Notes under the pieces: model-generated
What the model was told of the DNA's origin: nothing
Seen by the model: only the letters and a program-made list of their open reading frames with translations
The model's database searches: none
Position numbers and translations under genes: made by a program
Source: the human T2T-CHM13v2.0 reference genome, Homo sapiens
Strand: one strand, 5' to 3'
Length of the DNA: 64,000 bases
Assembly (NCBI RefSeq): GCF_009914755.1
Contig: NC_060946.1
Part shown: piece by piece, positions 12,024 to 42,524 of the stretch
Layout of the letters: each line of letters starts with the position of its first letter
Position numbering within the stretch: the stretch's first letter is position 1

Positions 12024-12574
12024 CTACTAAAAATACAAAAATTAGCCAGGCATGGTGGTGCACGTCTGTAATCCCAGCGACTCAGGAGGCTGAGGCACGA
12101 GAATTGCTTGAGCCTGGGAGGCAGAGGGGAGGTTGTAGTGAGCTGAGATCATGACACTACACTCCAGCCTGGGTAACAGGGTGAGGCTCTGTCTCAAAAC
12201 AAAACAAAATAAAAAAACTCAGTCTATCTACAGTGAAGATCAGTACTGTTTTCCCTCATTTCACAGGTGGGAAAACAAAAAGAAGTCATTTGCTTAAAGC
12301 GCATGTGGGAGAGCTTGGATTTGGATTTGAACTTAGGTACTGTGCATAAACTCCTGTACTCCAGCTGTCCCTCTAGAAAGAAAAGGACTCTTTCTCTGTT
12401 TTCTTCTCACCAAAGAAGATCCTATTAGTACCCTAGCTTCCTGGATAGAAACTACTTTAAAGAACCAGAGATAGTGGTGCACATCTGTAGTCCCACCTAT
12501 TCGAGAGGCTAAGGTGGGAGGATCACTTGAGGCCAGGAGTTCAAGACCACGCTGAGCAAAATAGTGGGACCTCA

Positions 12575-13211
<637 letters not shown>

Positions 13212-13257
13212 AAAAAAAAGAAACTAAAAAAACTTGAGCAGGAGAAGATTGATTCTA

Positions 13258-16374
<3,117 letters not shown>

Positions 16375-17089
16375 ATATTTTGACTCCTCTTGCCTATTCA
16401 CAATACACAGTTGAGAAATTGATCACAGCTTGCTGTGTTTTGTAGAGATTTTTTCTGACCCCAGCTGAGAAGTCATGAACATATGGGACAGACTCTACTG
16501 TAAAATGGGAATCATTGAGTTGTTTTATTTTATGCATTGTTAAAACGTGTGCTGGAAACCTGTCATTATAGAAAAATCAGAAGAAAAAATCTGTTATCCC
16601 AAATTTTTACCAGTAATGTTTGCATTTTGGTATATGTCCTTCTGTACTTTTCCACATGGAAATAAACAGTTTTTTTCTCCAACTGCTTTATAACTTATTT
16701 TCCTCATTTGCCAGTATATTGGGAATGTTTTCTAGTGTATCTACATCATTATTTTCAATGGCTGGTATTCCAGTGTGCATAAATCTTTACTCAACCCCTA
16801 ATCTGGAATAGTCTGGGTTTTTGTTTTGTTTTTTGTTTGTTTGTGGTTTTTTTGGTCATTACTATAAACATTCCTGCAATGAACATTTTTGAAAACATAA
16901 TTTTGCCTACCTGTCAAAATGTTTCTTTGGGATAGGGGAATTGTGAGGTCAGAGGATTAGACTTTTAAAAAGAGATTAAAAATATTTATTGAAAATATAA
17001 AAATCATTGTTCAAAATATTAAAGTATACATGACTTTACATTAAAATACACTTATTGCAGAATTGCCCTACAGAATTATATCAATTTAC

Positions 17090-26330
<9,241 letters not shown>

Positions 26331-27457
26331 TCATAGTCTTTTAAAAATCCTCCCCTTTTAATCTGCACATTACCACCCTAGTTCCAGTTTTTACCTTGCA
26401 TCAGGACTATTTTAGGAATTCTTAAACTGATCCCTCTGATACACTACCTTCTTGATTATGTGACTTTCCTGTTGAGAAATCTGAAGCTCACAGTTTCTCC
26501 TTGCCTATCAAATGATGTCTTTAAGCTGTAGTTCCGGCATAGCTTTCCAACTTTGTTTCACTGTTTCTCCTAACCTCACTTCCACACTGTGTTTTGATGA
26601 AGCCATACCACTAGGCTTCTCCCAAGTATGCAGTTTGCTTTCCATATCTGCTCCTGCACCTCCATGAATGCTGTTTGCTTCCCATCTGGATTGTCCTCTA
26701 CCTTCACCTCTACCTACTGAATGCTACCCATCTCTCTCTCTCTCTTTTTTTTGAAACAGGGTCATACTCTGTTGCCCAGGGTGGAGTGCAGTGGATCACT
26801 GCAATCTGTGCCCCATGGCTCAAGCAATCTTCCCACCTCAGCCTTCCGAGTAGCTGAGATTACAGGCATGTACCACCATGCCTGGATACTTTTTGTATTT
26901 TAGTAGAGATGGGGTTTCACCATGTTGGTCAAGCTGGTCTCTAACTCCCCAAATGATCCGCCAGCCTCGGCCTCCCAAAGTGCTGGGATTACAGGCGTGA
27001 GCCACTGTGCCCAGCCAGAATACTACCCATCTCTTAATCAGCTCAAATTGCAGTCTTTCTATTAGGTCATTCCTAATTACTTCAACTAAAACGAATCTCT
27101 TCTTTCACTAAATTGCTATGACAGTTTGTTACTAATAAATGTATGACATACATTTATATTATGTATGTCATATATTGTTTGCATTATGATCTGTATTCAT
27201 GCTTTCATTCATTCTTTTAATAACTATTTAGAGCACCCACTGTTTGCTAGGGCTAGAGTAGCAAAGAAGGCAGACATTGTACCTAATGATCATTATACAT
27301 TGGTTACATATATCATTAAGAAAGAAAAGGCTGGGGGACTGGGTATGGTGGCGCATTCCTGTAGTCCTAGCACATTGGGAGGCTAAAGCAGGCAGATCTC
27401 TTGAGCCCAGGAGTTTGAGACCATCCTGGGCAACATGGTGAAACCTCATCTCTACTA

Positions 27458-27607
<150 letters not shown>

Positions 27608-27610
27608 TTA

Positions 27611-28189
<579 letters not shown>

Positions 28190-28548
28190 TTAACAGTAAG
28201 GAGAGAGCACGACAGGCTGAGGGAACATGTCAGAGGGGGCTGGGGCAGTCTGCTGCCTTACTTTCTTTACCAGCGTCAAAGAACCATTTCTATTAGCACA
28301 GTGCTTTACACTTACCGCACAAGAAGTATAAGAATTAATGAACACACATTGAGAATAGGAGTAGGTTTGACAAGAAAAAGAATCCAATGATGAAGAGGGA
28401 GAAGAATAAGAGTAAATTGTCAGAGAATAAGATCATTTGAATTCCTTTTTATTTCAATAAAATAGTAGTAGTAGTAATAGTAGCAGTAGCAGCAGCTAAT
28501 GTTTATTGAGTGCTTACTCTGGAAAAAAAAAAAAAAAAACTACATTAA

Positions 28549-28911
<363 letters not shown>

Positions 28912-28917
28912 CTACAG

Positions 28918-29026
28918 TCTCTTGAAGCGGTCTCCGAATGTGGAGCTCTCCTTCCCACAGCGATCAGAAGGCTCAAATGTCTTTAGTGGTAGAAAGACAG
29001 GAACATTGTTTCTCACTTCATACCGG
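28918..29026 (+). CDS. WBP2NL: WBP2NL coding exon 2 ([12 protein letters not shown]...GTLFLTSYR), GRAM/PH-like domain
   Basis: tctacag acceptor, CGG|gtaatt donor; GTLFLTSYR motif of the WBP2 family. Confidence 0.95.
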
Positions 29027-29268
29027 GTAATTTCTACTTCTACTTTAATCTGCTGATTAACTCTACATTTGTTTTCCTTGAAATGAAGAAAACTTAAACA
29101 TTGACTTTTGAAGTGTTTTTAAACGTGCGCTTTGGGATTTTCCACACTGAAGGGTGGTGGAAGAAAAGATGATGTTTCTCAGTTAGACCAGAATGCACCT
29201 TGCTCTTGTAAGTCTCAATCCATGGACAAATTCTGCATTCCTTTTCCAAAGTTTCTGTCCTTGCGTAG

Positions 29269-29410
29269 GTGATTTTCATAACTTCATGCTCCATCAGTGA
29301 TCCCATGTTGTCTTTTATGATGCCATTTGATCTGATGACGAACCTCACTGTTGAACAACCAGTATTTGCTGCAAACTTCATTAAGGGAACTATTCAGGCA
29401 GCTCCATATG
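29269..29410 (+). CDS. WBP2NL: WBP2NL coding exon 3 ([20 protein letters not shown]...[19 protein letters not shown])
   Basis: gcgtag acceptor, G|gtaagt donor; SFMMPF and QPVFxAN motifs. Confidence 0.95.
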
Positions 29411-29610
29411 GTAAGTGTTCCCTCAGAAGTGTGTATTTTTTTTTCCCTCAAAATCTTCTAAAAGGTTTAAGATTCAAACTTGGCTCATGTTGAAATTCAA
29501 ACAAAAGCTGCCCTACTTTGTCAGGTAGTGCTTCCCTTGGTGTTTGTGGCAGTCTTTCTGTTGTCAGCTATGCCAGTTTCTTGGTGAGTGTGTGCCATTT
29601 CTTCCCCCAG

Positions 29611-29703
29611 GTGGCTGGGAAGGACAAGCTACTTTTAAATTAGTCTTCAGAAATGGAGATGCCATTGAATTTGCCCAGTTGATGGTGAAAGCTGCCTCTG
29701 CTG
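29611..29703 (+). CDS. WBP2NL: WBP2NL coding exon 4 ([30 protein letters not shown])
   Basis: cttcccccag acceptor, G|gtaagt donor; GGWEG and AIEF motifs. Confidence 0.95.
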
Positions 29704-29707
29704 GTAA

Positions 29708-29959
<252 letters not shown>

Positions 29960-30442
29960 TAAGGCTTGTGGAATTAAAGCAGGACTTCTACTCAGCCAAG
30001 ATTTGCTGGCCTTTGTGGCCAGGCAGTTGGTATTCGCACACATATTCAGCAGGCATTTCCTGGGCCTACCTACAATTGTCAAGTACCATGTTACAGGGTA
30101 GGAACACAAAGATTATTCAGTCCCTTCCTATCCTGAAGGAGCTTGCAATCTAGTGGGAGCTTACAGCCAGACACCCAGGTGACTAATTATACCTGATAGT
30201 CTTTTGTCCATTTAAACACTGACCTCAGATATCTACTGAGCGTCTCTTCCTTGGGTCAGGGAGCCCTTAGTTATTCTTTCTTTGGTGTGGCTTTTTAGTT
30301 TTTCTTCTCTCTGGACTTGCCTTTGCTTTTCTCAGGTTTAGTCCCCATCTTACATGAGAGGGGAGTAGAGGTACTGTCAAGACTTATAGCACTGATCTAA
30401 TGGATGTACCACAGAACTCTTTCAAACTGTGACTACAAATAA

Positions 30443-31160
<718 letters not shown>

Positions 31161-31842
31161 ACAAGACAAAAGTGTTTTCTTCGGTACCACACTTCCTCAC
31201 ATTGGTCTTTAATGGATATATCTTACCAACTTGGTAGAATCCTCACTTAGAAGTTTTTTCTGAATATCTGTTATGATTAGGTGCTATGCTAGGCCTGGAA
31301 TAAGCACAGGCAAATGAGATACAATCTCTGCCCTTAAGACACGTGCCATTCAGGACAAGGGTCATATTTCTTTTCTTTCTTTCTTTTTTTTTTTTTTTTT
31401 TGAGACAAGGTCTTACTCTGTCACCCAGGCTGGAGGCTCCAGTGCAGTGGCACAGATAAGGCTCACTGCAGCCTCAAATTTCCAGGCTCAAGCAATCCTC
31501 CTGCCTCAGCTTCCTGAGTAGCTAGGACCACAGGCATGCACCACCATGCCTGGCTAATTTTTAAAAAATTTTTTGTAGAGATAGGGTCTTGCCATGTTGC
31601 CCAGGCTGGTCTTGAACTCCTGGGGTCAAGCAATCCTCCCATCTTGGCCTCCTAAAATGTTGGGATTACAGGTGTGAGCCACTTCACCCAGCCCATGTTT
31701 CTTTTTTATCTTGTGTCTCAAGAGCATTGTTGGAAACACATGTAAGGTGGTGATTAAATACTCTGTTAATTGTTTAGTTGATATCTGCTATATATCTGAC
31801 TTAATTAAAAGAGTTCCTATTTTGCCAAATTTGTCTTTCCAG

Positions 31843-31950
31843 CTGCCCGAGGATTTCCACTTAGAACCTTAAATGACTGGTTCAGCTCTATGGGAATTTA
31901 TGTAATTACTGGGGAAGGGAATATGTGCACTCCACAGATGCCTTGTTCAG
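31843..31950 (+). CDS. WBP2NL: WBP2NL coding exon 5 (ARGFPLRTLNDWFSSMGIYVITGEGNMCTPQMPCS)
   Basis: ctttccag acceptor, CAG|gtaagg donor, phase 1/1. Confidence 0.92.
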
Positions 31951-33549
31951 GTAAGGTATGGCAGAGAGGTTCTTCCTGGAAGGTGGAAAATTATGCCAGA
32001 GGCTCAAAGATCTATCCCTTGCAGGCTTGCTCCCTGCAGGAGCAGCAGCAGAGCTTTAGGGGCTTGGAAAATGGTCACATCTGTGACTTTGTTTCCAGAC
32101 TGAAACCCAGTGGCAAAGTCAGCAAGTGACTGGGCTTTGGTTTCAGGCTTACTTTTAATGATATATACAAACCTGGAACATACTTGGCAATCCTGTTAGT
32201 GGGAAGGGTCACTTCCTGTTTATAGCCTGAGCAGAAAATATATGCTCTTGCCCACTTCCTTGTTTCCATTTCACATAGCATAGTCATCATACCTGTGCCA
32301 CACCCTTCAACCTTACTGAGGACTCGAGCCCTGGGTCCTTTAACAGTTTGTGTTGTTAAAGTCCACTGCTACTGAATGGGGTTTCTGGAAAGTAATTCTC
32401 AAACATGGTCCACTGCCTACTGGTGGGCCACCAAGGGTCTCCTAATGCTGCCAACACACACAAAAATATGGGACTTTTCTTGAGTTCTCCTTGGAACTTG
32501 ATATGCATGTCCATGGGCCTTTAGTTTTGTATGTAACTTAAAGGCTACTTATTTGTAACCTTAATAGGTACCTTGGTTTTTAAAGGTTATTACAGTCTAA
32601 TATTCAGAATCTAAAGTAATTGTTGCTAGGGTTTAACATTTTTTCAGTTGGTGAAATTCACATAACATATAATTAACATTTTAATGTGTACAATTCAGTG
32701 GTATTTAGTGTAAAATTTAGCAGTATTTGACGTATTCACAATATTATACATCCACCAGCTGTCTCTAGTTTCAAAAAGTGGTGTTTTTTTTTTTTGGAGA
32801 CAGAGTCTCACTTTGTCACCCAGGCTGTAGTGCAGTGGCACTATCATGGCCCCCTGCAGCCTCGACCCCCTGGGCTCAAGCGATCCTCTTACCTCAGTAC
32901 CCCCCAACCAGAGTAGGCTAGGACCACAGGCGCAATCCACCATGCCCGGCTAATTTTTATGTGTTTTTGTAGAGACAGAAATCTCCCTATGTTGTCCAGG
33001 CTGGTTCTGAACTCCTGGCCTCCAGCCATCTGCCCGCCTTGCCCTCCCGAGGTGCTGGGATTATAGGCATGAGCCATCTCTGGCAGCCTTTTTTGTTTTT
33101 GTTTTTGTTTTTTTGAGAGGGAGTCTTGCTCTGTCGCCCAGGCTGGAGTGCAGTGGCGCGATGCAAGCTCCACCTCCCGGGTTCACGCCATTCTCCTGCC
33201 TCAGCCTCCTGAGTAGCTGGGACTACCGGCGCCCGCCACCACGCCCGGCTAATTTTTTTTTTGTATTTTTAGTAGAGACGGGATTTCACTGTGTTAGCCA
33301 GGATGGTCTCGATCTCCTGACCTTGTGATCCGCCCGCCTCAGCCTCCCAAAGTGCTGGGATTACAGGCTTGAGCCACCACACCCAGCCCCTGCCAGCCTT
33401 TTTTTTTAAAAAAATTTTGTAGATACAGGGTCTCACTGTGTTGCTTAGGCTGGTCTCACACTCCTGGGCTCAAGCAAGTCTATTGCCTTGGCTTCCCAAA
33501 GTGCTGGGATTACAGGTGTAAGCCACAGCATCTGGTCTGGTTTCAAAAC

Positions 33550-35335
<1,786 letters not shown>

Positions 35336-35646
35336 AAGCAAAATAACTTTACAGCTGTCCATTCACTTTATCCAGTTAAATCACTTTGGGGAATGTAACC
35401 CAAGGTAATAAGTAAAACTCATGTTTATTGTAAGGTTAATTGGAAAGTCAGAAACAACAAAAAGAGTCATCTATCCATATGATGAAATATTATCCAGCTT
35501 TGAATTTATGAAGTAAATTAACAATATGAAGACATTTCTTATAATATTAAGTAAAAGAGCCAGATTTAAAAAATCATATGGCTGGCCGGGCGCAGTGGCT
35601 CACGCCTGTAATCCCAGCACTTTGGGAGGCCGAGGCGGGTGGATCA

Positions 35647-35957
<311 letters not shown>

Positions 35958-36359
35958 CTACAAAGAAATACACCAAAATAGTAAGTGTTCAATGGTAGAA
36001 TTATAGATGGCTTTTTTCCATTCCTCTTTTCTCTATTTTCCAAACGCATATTCCTCATTAAGCATGTATTACTTTTTTTCATAATCAAACTTTATTAAGT
36101 AAAACACATATCTGTGCAAGAGTATAAGTAACGCACCGATCTATTGATAGGGTTGTTTTCATGTTGATTTGAATCCCTGCACAACAGGAAGTGATATGCC
36201 TTCAATTGGTGATAGCTAGAGGAAATAGCTTTAGCATTATTCTGCCTGACTTCTCTTCTTGCGTCAGTTTGCTTCAGCATTATTTTTTAAGTTCTTCCTT
36301 CTCACATATTCCTTGACTTAAAGGTAACTGAATTTTTTTCCTTCCATTATAATTCCCAG

Positions 36360-36775
36360 TTATTGTCTATGGAGCCCCACCTGCAGGATATGGAGCCCCA
36401 CCTCCCGGATACGGAGCCCCACCTGCAGGATATGGAGCCCAACCCGTAGGAAATGAAGGCCCGCCTGTGGGATACAGAGCCTCACCTGTGCGATATGGAG
36501 CCCCACCTCTTGGATACGGAGCCCCACCTGCAGGATATGGAGCCCCACCTCTAGGATATGGAGCCCCACCTCTTGGATATGGAACCCCACCTCTCGGATA
36601 TGGAGCCCCACCTCTCGGATATGGAGCCCCACCTGCAGGAAATGAAGGCCCGCCTGCGGGATACAGAGCCTCACCTGCTGGATCAGGAGCCAGGCCTCAG
36701 GAATCTACAGCAGCCCAGGCTCCTGAAAACGAGGCTTCTCTTCCCTCTGCCTCCTCTTCTCAGGTCCATTCTTAA
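36360..36775 (+). CDS. WBP2NL: WBP2NL coding exon 6, YGxPPxG repeat region, stop TAA
   Basis: ttcccag acceptor; exon lengths 62+109+142+93+108+416 = 930 nt = 309 aa + stop. Confidence 0.96.
36368..36703 (+). repeat. Coding 21-nt tandem repeat, 16 units (consensus TATGGAGCCCCACCTGCAGGA)
   Basis: Read directly from sequence; heptads YGAPPxG, NEGPPxG, YRASPxx. Confidence 0.95.
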
Positions 36776-37849
36776 CCTTCTAAGATGTAAACCTTGAAGA
36801 CTCACCAAGCAAAGAGGTACCCTAAAATTGAAGTCAGGATAAGGAGGACGACTCAGGTATGTGATCACAGGCTTCTCGCAGGTAGTTGTTCCACCCTTTG
36901 GAAGGGCAATCTTATGGGGGAAGGTGAAACTTTACTTCTGTGCCTAGATTTTAGAAGCAGAATCAACTCTTAAATAGCTGGCTAAAGGAAGAATACCATT
37001 GTGGGGCTAATTCCCCAGTAATTTGGTTGACATTGGGTTGCATTTTTAAACATAACTTTTTCCACACTCGCATTCAAGGTTCCTGTCTTCCCATCCTCAT
37101 TCAAGAAACATTTATTATGCTCCGTTTGCTAGGCACTAAGATGCGTGCTAAAAACGTCATGTTGAACACTTAGTTGTTTGAGAAAGCTAAATTTTCAATA
37201 GTAAGAGTGTTATAAATTACGGTGGATCCACAAAATGGAGTATTATACACCTGTTGAAAACTATGTCTAGAGGTAGAGAAAGCCTTCTTTGAGGAGACCA
37301 AAACCAACAAATAAAAGCATGATAAATTGACTATATCAAAATTTAAAACTTCTCTATGACAGAAGTTAAAAGATAGGCAACAGAATAGGAAAAAGTGATT
37401 TTCAACATATATATTAATTTATAGTCAGAATACGTGAATAACTACAAATCAATTCTCCCCAAAATGACAGAAATATGAATTGCCGAATAACCAAGGCAAT
37501 AGCATGGCCAGAAAACGTTTGAAAAGATGTTCAGCTTGACTAGTGTTAGGGAAATGCAACCTGAGATGAGAAAACATTTTTATCTCCAAAGATTTACAAA
37601 TATTAAAACTCTTGATATGGCACTTTCACATTTTAAAATATGCCTGCGAGAAAACTTGCATGTGTGCACAAAGATGCATGTGGGAAGATTTCATTATATT
37701 CATTGTTTCTAACAGCACAAAATTAGAAATAACCTATATGTCCATTAATAGGAAATATATGAATAGGCTATGGTATGCCCATACTACGTATGCAGAAATT
37801 TCTAAGACTTGTTGATAAGGAGAAAAGCAAGTTGTAGGGAGCATATACT

Positions 37850-38612
37850 ATAGTGATTTTCAGCCTCATCAGACTGAATGCCCCATTTTATAACAAATAT
37901 TTATATTTTATAACAAACGTTTATATTTGTATATTTATAACAAATATTTTGTAATGTCTCCTTCACTTCAATGAAGTTTGTAGATAATTGCATATGATTC
38001 CACACCATTTCAACCAAAATTAATAGGCCATAAATGTGATAGAGGAAATAAAAGGAGTTTGTAGTAAAATTTTAAGTGTTTTAATATATAAATGCTCAGA
38101 TTCTACCACACTAGAAGACATACTGAAGTAATCAAGGGTTCACTCCCATATACATAGTCAGCATAGGTATAAAGATTAGAAGTGCTAACTGATATGAATA
38201 TGTTGCTTTGGTGACTTGAATACCATTGCTATTGGCAATATTGTTCTCCAAAATGGTGAACAACCTTTGAAAATTTTCCAAATAAAACAAAGTTTAGTCT
38301 TCCCTTGATTTACACAGTGGTTGAATTCCTGAAAATTTCTGTATATATTAAAGTCATATAAAACAGAGTTAGGCTGTAGGCTCAAATGATTATAAACATG
38401 CTTCACCTACATCACTGGCTGGAGAGCCATTTGAAAGTCAGGAGACATAGGACAATTAAGGTACTGCCCTGTACGTTTCAGGATGTCTTGCATCTTCGAC
38501 TCCTCACCCATTAAGTGCCAATAATGGCCTCCAATTGGGATAACCAAAAATGCTCCCACTTATTTCCTAATTGCTCCCTGGGGGGCAGTACCATCCCTGC
38601 TGAGGACCACTA
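37850..38612. mobile_element. hAT DNA transposon fossil (MER20/MER20B-like)
   Basis: Ends tagtgattttca and ccctggggggcag...tgaggaccacta resemble MER20-family termini. Confidence 0.55.
38047..38052 (+). terminator. Candidate poly(A) signal AATAAA of the unspliced WBP2NL 3'UTR
   Basis: Canonical hexamer followed by U/GU-rich sequence; other AATAAA hexamers occur near 37310 and 38281. Confidence 0.5.
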
Positions 38613-38984
38613 TTCTAGACTGTTTCAAGGCTTTCAGCCCCTTCAGAGCTCACCATTCTCCCACTCTGGCAAGGCAGGCAAAGTTCTTAATTTCATTGGC
38701 CTTTCCTTATCTTATTGTAGGCTCATCAAGCCACCTAAAAGGGAGGCCTTAAAAATACATTAGTAGCCAGGTGTGGTGGCACATGCCTGTAATCCCAGCA
38801 CTTTGCACTTTGATAGGATAAGGTGGGAGAATCACTTGAGGCCAGTTCAAGACCAGCTTGGGCAATATAGCGAGACCCTGTGTCTAGGAAAAAAAAAAAA
38901 AAAAAAAAAAGCCAGGTGTTGTGGTGTGCACTTGACCCAGAAGACATTTAAATCAATATATTTTCTATGCATTTTTTTTTTTGA

Positions 38985-39092
<108 letters not shown>

Positions 39093-39531
39093 TAGCTGGG
39101 ATTACAGGCAGGTAAAACCATGCCCAGCTAATTTTTTTTATTTTTATAGAGATGGGGTCTGGCCATGTTGGCCATGCTGGTCTTGAACTCCTGGCCTCAA
39201 GCAATCCTCCTGTCTCAGCCTCCTGAAGTGCTGGGATTACAGGCATGAGCCACTGCGCCTGGCCTTCTATGCATATTTCTTATATGTAGTTGAAATCATG
39301 CTATATAATGTTTCACCAGATATTTTACATTTTCATAGGTTTTGAAGAAATGCTTGTAAATATTGTTAGTGACCACATAATATTCTGTGACACAGTTACA
39401 CCATAACGTATTTTCTCAGTCCCTCTTTTAAGGTATTTGAATTGTTTCCAGGTTTTTGTTATTACAACTTCATGATTAACTTCTTTGTATATGGAGCTTT
39501 TTAAAAGTTTTAAATGCTTTCCTTAACACAG

Positions 39532-39619
39532 CTTAGAGTCATTGATTGATCTGCATTGTGAAAATTAGGAAACCAGATGCTCCCATGTTCTCAAGGACAG
39601 CCTTTCTTAAGGAAGTCAG
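39532..39619 (+). other. WBP2NL: Candidate non-coding 3'UTR exon of WBP2NL
   Basis: ctttccttaacacag acceptor, CAG|gtagat donor, unique sequence. Confidence 0.5.
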
Positions 39620-40312
39620 GTAGATATTAATGGGTTTTATGTGAAATGGAGTAACTGGGTTAAATATAATTGAAAAAGACAAGAAAACTGGTTTCTTTAC
39701 TACTTCTTAGAGCCTTGACTATACTAATGGACATAATCTCCAAGAAGGAGAGATTTTCAAAATTTACAGTTTTTTCAAAATTATTTGATTTTAGAATATT
39801 CAGTAAACATTTTGTTCAGTGGAAGAAACTGAGAAACACTTTCTGGAATTATGGGATATTAGAATTAGAATGGACTTCAGGTATCTGGAGTATGCTAGAC
39901 CTTAAAGCTCTTTCCAAAAATGAAGACAAGTCAAAAGACCATTCTTCCTTCCATTCCAAATAAAAGAGCTTTATATCCAATTTACAGAAAGCAGGGTGGG
40001 ACATCTTGAAGATAAAATATATAGAAAGTAGCTGCTGCTTCCTCTCAGAAATTACTGGGATAGAGTTATGGGTCTAGGAAGCTGGAATGTCAAAACACAG
40101 GGACAGCCACTTTGCCCAGGCAACTGGCATGAAGGGAAGAAGTGAAAAGGGAAAGTGTGGCTGTAAACCTCTCTAAAGTTTCCAAACAGGGAATCCAGGC
40201 AATATTGGATCTTAAACATGGGTCATAGGATCTGGCGCTTTTATCCCTAAAATTTTTGGAGGAAAATAACGAGATATTTTAAGTTTCTTCTTTTCTTACT
40301 TCCAAACTACAG

Positions 40313-40416
40313 TACGTGGGCAACAGTGATGAGAGGAAGAGAGGAGAGACTCAACCAACTAGAGCAGGGATAAGGTTTCCCTTGTTCAGCTTTTCAGTGT
40401 CTGCTGGAATGTGATG
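40313..40416 (+). other. WBP2NL: Candidate non-coding 3'UTR exon of WBP2NL
   Basis: Long pyrimidine tract + actacag acceptor, ATG|gtaagt donor, purine-rich enhancer-like interior. Confidence 0.58.
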
Positions 40417-41313
40417 GTAAGTTGAGAACAGGGTGAATGGGTGAGGCCTTTTTTATATCAGAAAGTTTTCCGAGTAACTGATCTCTGGCAAATATTTGGG
40501 GATTAGAATTCTAAAAGAATACAAACTAGACTTCTCTTCTGCTCTTCATGTTAGTTATACTTGTACCAGGTAGATTTGAGGTGGGGTCCAGTTACCTGAA
40601 AAGCGTAGCAGGTTCGAGTTTCTTAAAGGTGGAATTCCACCATGTTCTCCTGTGCAAAGGGTACCTGTTTACCTGGTCCACCAAACTGCCCCAGTACAAC
40701 CAAAGGCTGTGACTGTGTAAGGATAGAACCAAGTGGAGCCACAGTTTGGACCCACGTGGTGCTGCGTGGCACACCTACTGTTAGTTAGCTCCCACTGTCT
40801 GGTACAGTTGTTTCCCCCAAAGGCTCAGTCCAATTTGTTCTATAAGAAGAGCTTTGTGTCCTGTATATTCAAAGGACCCTGGTTTTTGCTTTGCTGAGGA
40901 CAAATCCAGTCAGAATTCAGCTGAGCCTTCTGCATGCTGAGAGCACTCATGTGCTGAGTTCCTCAGCTCCTCACTGACGTTTTGAGTACTTTCTTTCTGA
41001 CTCACTCACTGTGCTGGTGGATTCCGCTCTTCCTGTCTCTTCCCCAGCTGCAATACAGAAACTATACTCTGTTGTCTACTCTTTCATTTCCTATTAGAAA
41101 TATAAAGGGATAGAAATAAGAAGACCTTTTAGTCCTGGACTATCTGGTATTGGCCCCTAAAATGAGCCTCCAAATACTCCTTTTCATGGGTAAGTGGATG
41201 CTCCCCAGCCTGCTGGAGCAGAACCTTCCTGGCTCAGCTACCCTGAGATATCAGGACAAAAACATATAGTTGGTGTGATTTTCCTCTTTTTGTTTTTTTT
41301 TTTTTCAAGATAG

Positions 41314-41412
<99 letters not shown>

Positions 41413-42223
41413 TGAATAGCTTGGATGACAGGTGCCTGCCACCATGCTCGGCTAATTTTTGTGTTTTTAGTGGAGACAGGGTTTCACCATGTTGGCCAGG
41501 CTGGTTTCGAACTCCTGACCTCAAGTGATCCACCCGCCTCGGCCTCCCAAAGTGCTGGGATTACAGGCATCGGCCTGTGCCTGGCCGATTTTTCAATCCA
41601 TAGATTAATATGTTCAAGAAATATTGCATGTCTTTGTTTTCTGTAAATTTATTTCTGTTACCAAGATCCCCACCACCATCTGCTTTGTTGGTGGGCTTCT
41701 CACAAATCCTAAGATTATGCAAAGGTATCCAGATTTTATTTGGCACCAAGATGCTGAGAAGTTTCTTCTGGTCATCAGACTGCTTCTGAAACAGCCACTA
41801 TCCAGTCCTGGCAGTCCCGTCAAGTCTAAAAGCTTGTTGCCTTGGGACCCCAGAATCTTAGGTAGGGCTTAGAACCAGGGTGTCAGAGATCCAACTCTGT
41901 GTACCATATTGCTCCTTAGAACTGGGGAGTAGGACCCCAAAGGCCTCCTTATCCTTGAGAGTCTGACAATTCCTTAAACTTCCAGATTCTGCCCTCTCAG
42001 CTGTGCTGTTGGTCTGCATCACCTCTATCTCTTAAGCATCTATCCTAATCCAAATCTCAGGATTTGGGTTTACCCAAAAGGTAATAGAAAGCCTTTGCCT
42101 TCATGTTGACTTGGCTTTCCTTGCCTAGCACTTGGTTGCTTGCTTGAAAATCATGTATGTATATATATAAAATGTAGAAGCCCAATTCAAATTAATAATG
42201 TAAAAATTTATTCTGTTACACAG

Positions 42224-42360
42224 ATTACCTCATTGTCAGGTAGGAAGTGAAACGTATGATATTCTTCCTGGCCTTTGCCTTGAGAGTCTTCTGGAGCCTG
42301 AAGAGGGTGGGGCAGACAACCATGGACTGCTAGAGAATAAACTTTCTTTGAAGCTTCCTA
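42224..42360 (+). other. WBP2NL: Candidate alternative terminal non-coding exon of WBP2NL
   Basis: ttctgttacacag acceptor and AATAAA at 42336-42341. Confidence 0.45.
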
Positions 42361-42524
42361 AATGGATTAGAAAGAAGGGGTTCTGTCAAAGGGAAAGGGT
42401 CTATACAGATGTGACCAGCAGTTTGATTAGTTTAGATGTATGATTTAGTAGCCAATATAAGAAACTTGTAATTTTTAGTAATTAGAATTTATTATAAATA
42501 ATAAAACAGGGTATTAATTATTAA

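Noticed and set aside
36368-36703. Regular repeat array resembling CRISPR
   Set aside because: Contiguous coding tandem repeat with no unique spacers, no cas genes, eukaryotic context
36360-36797. Antisense (LHIxEVG) and shifted-frame (MEPHL) ORFs over WBP2NL exon 6
   Set aside because: Shadows of the 21-nt repeat; no independent start or splice evidence
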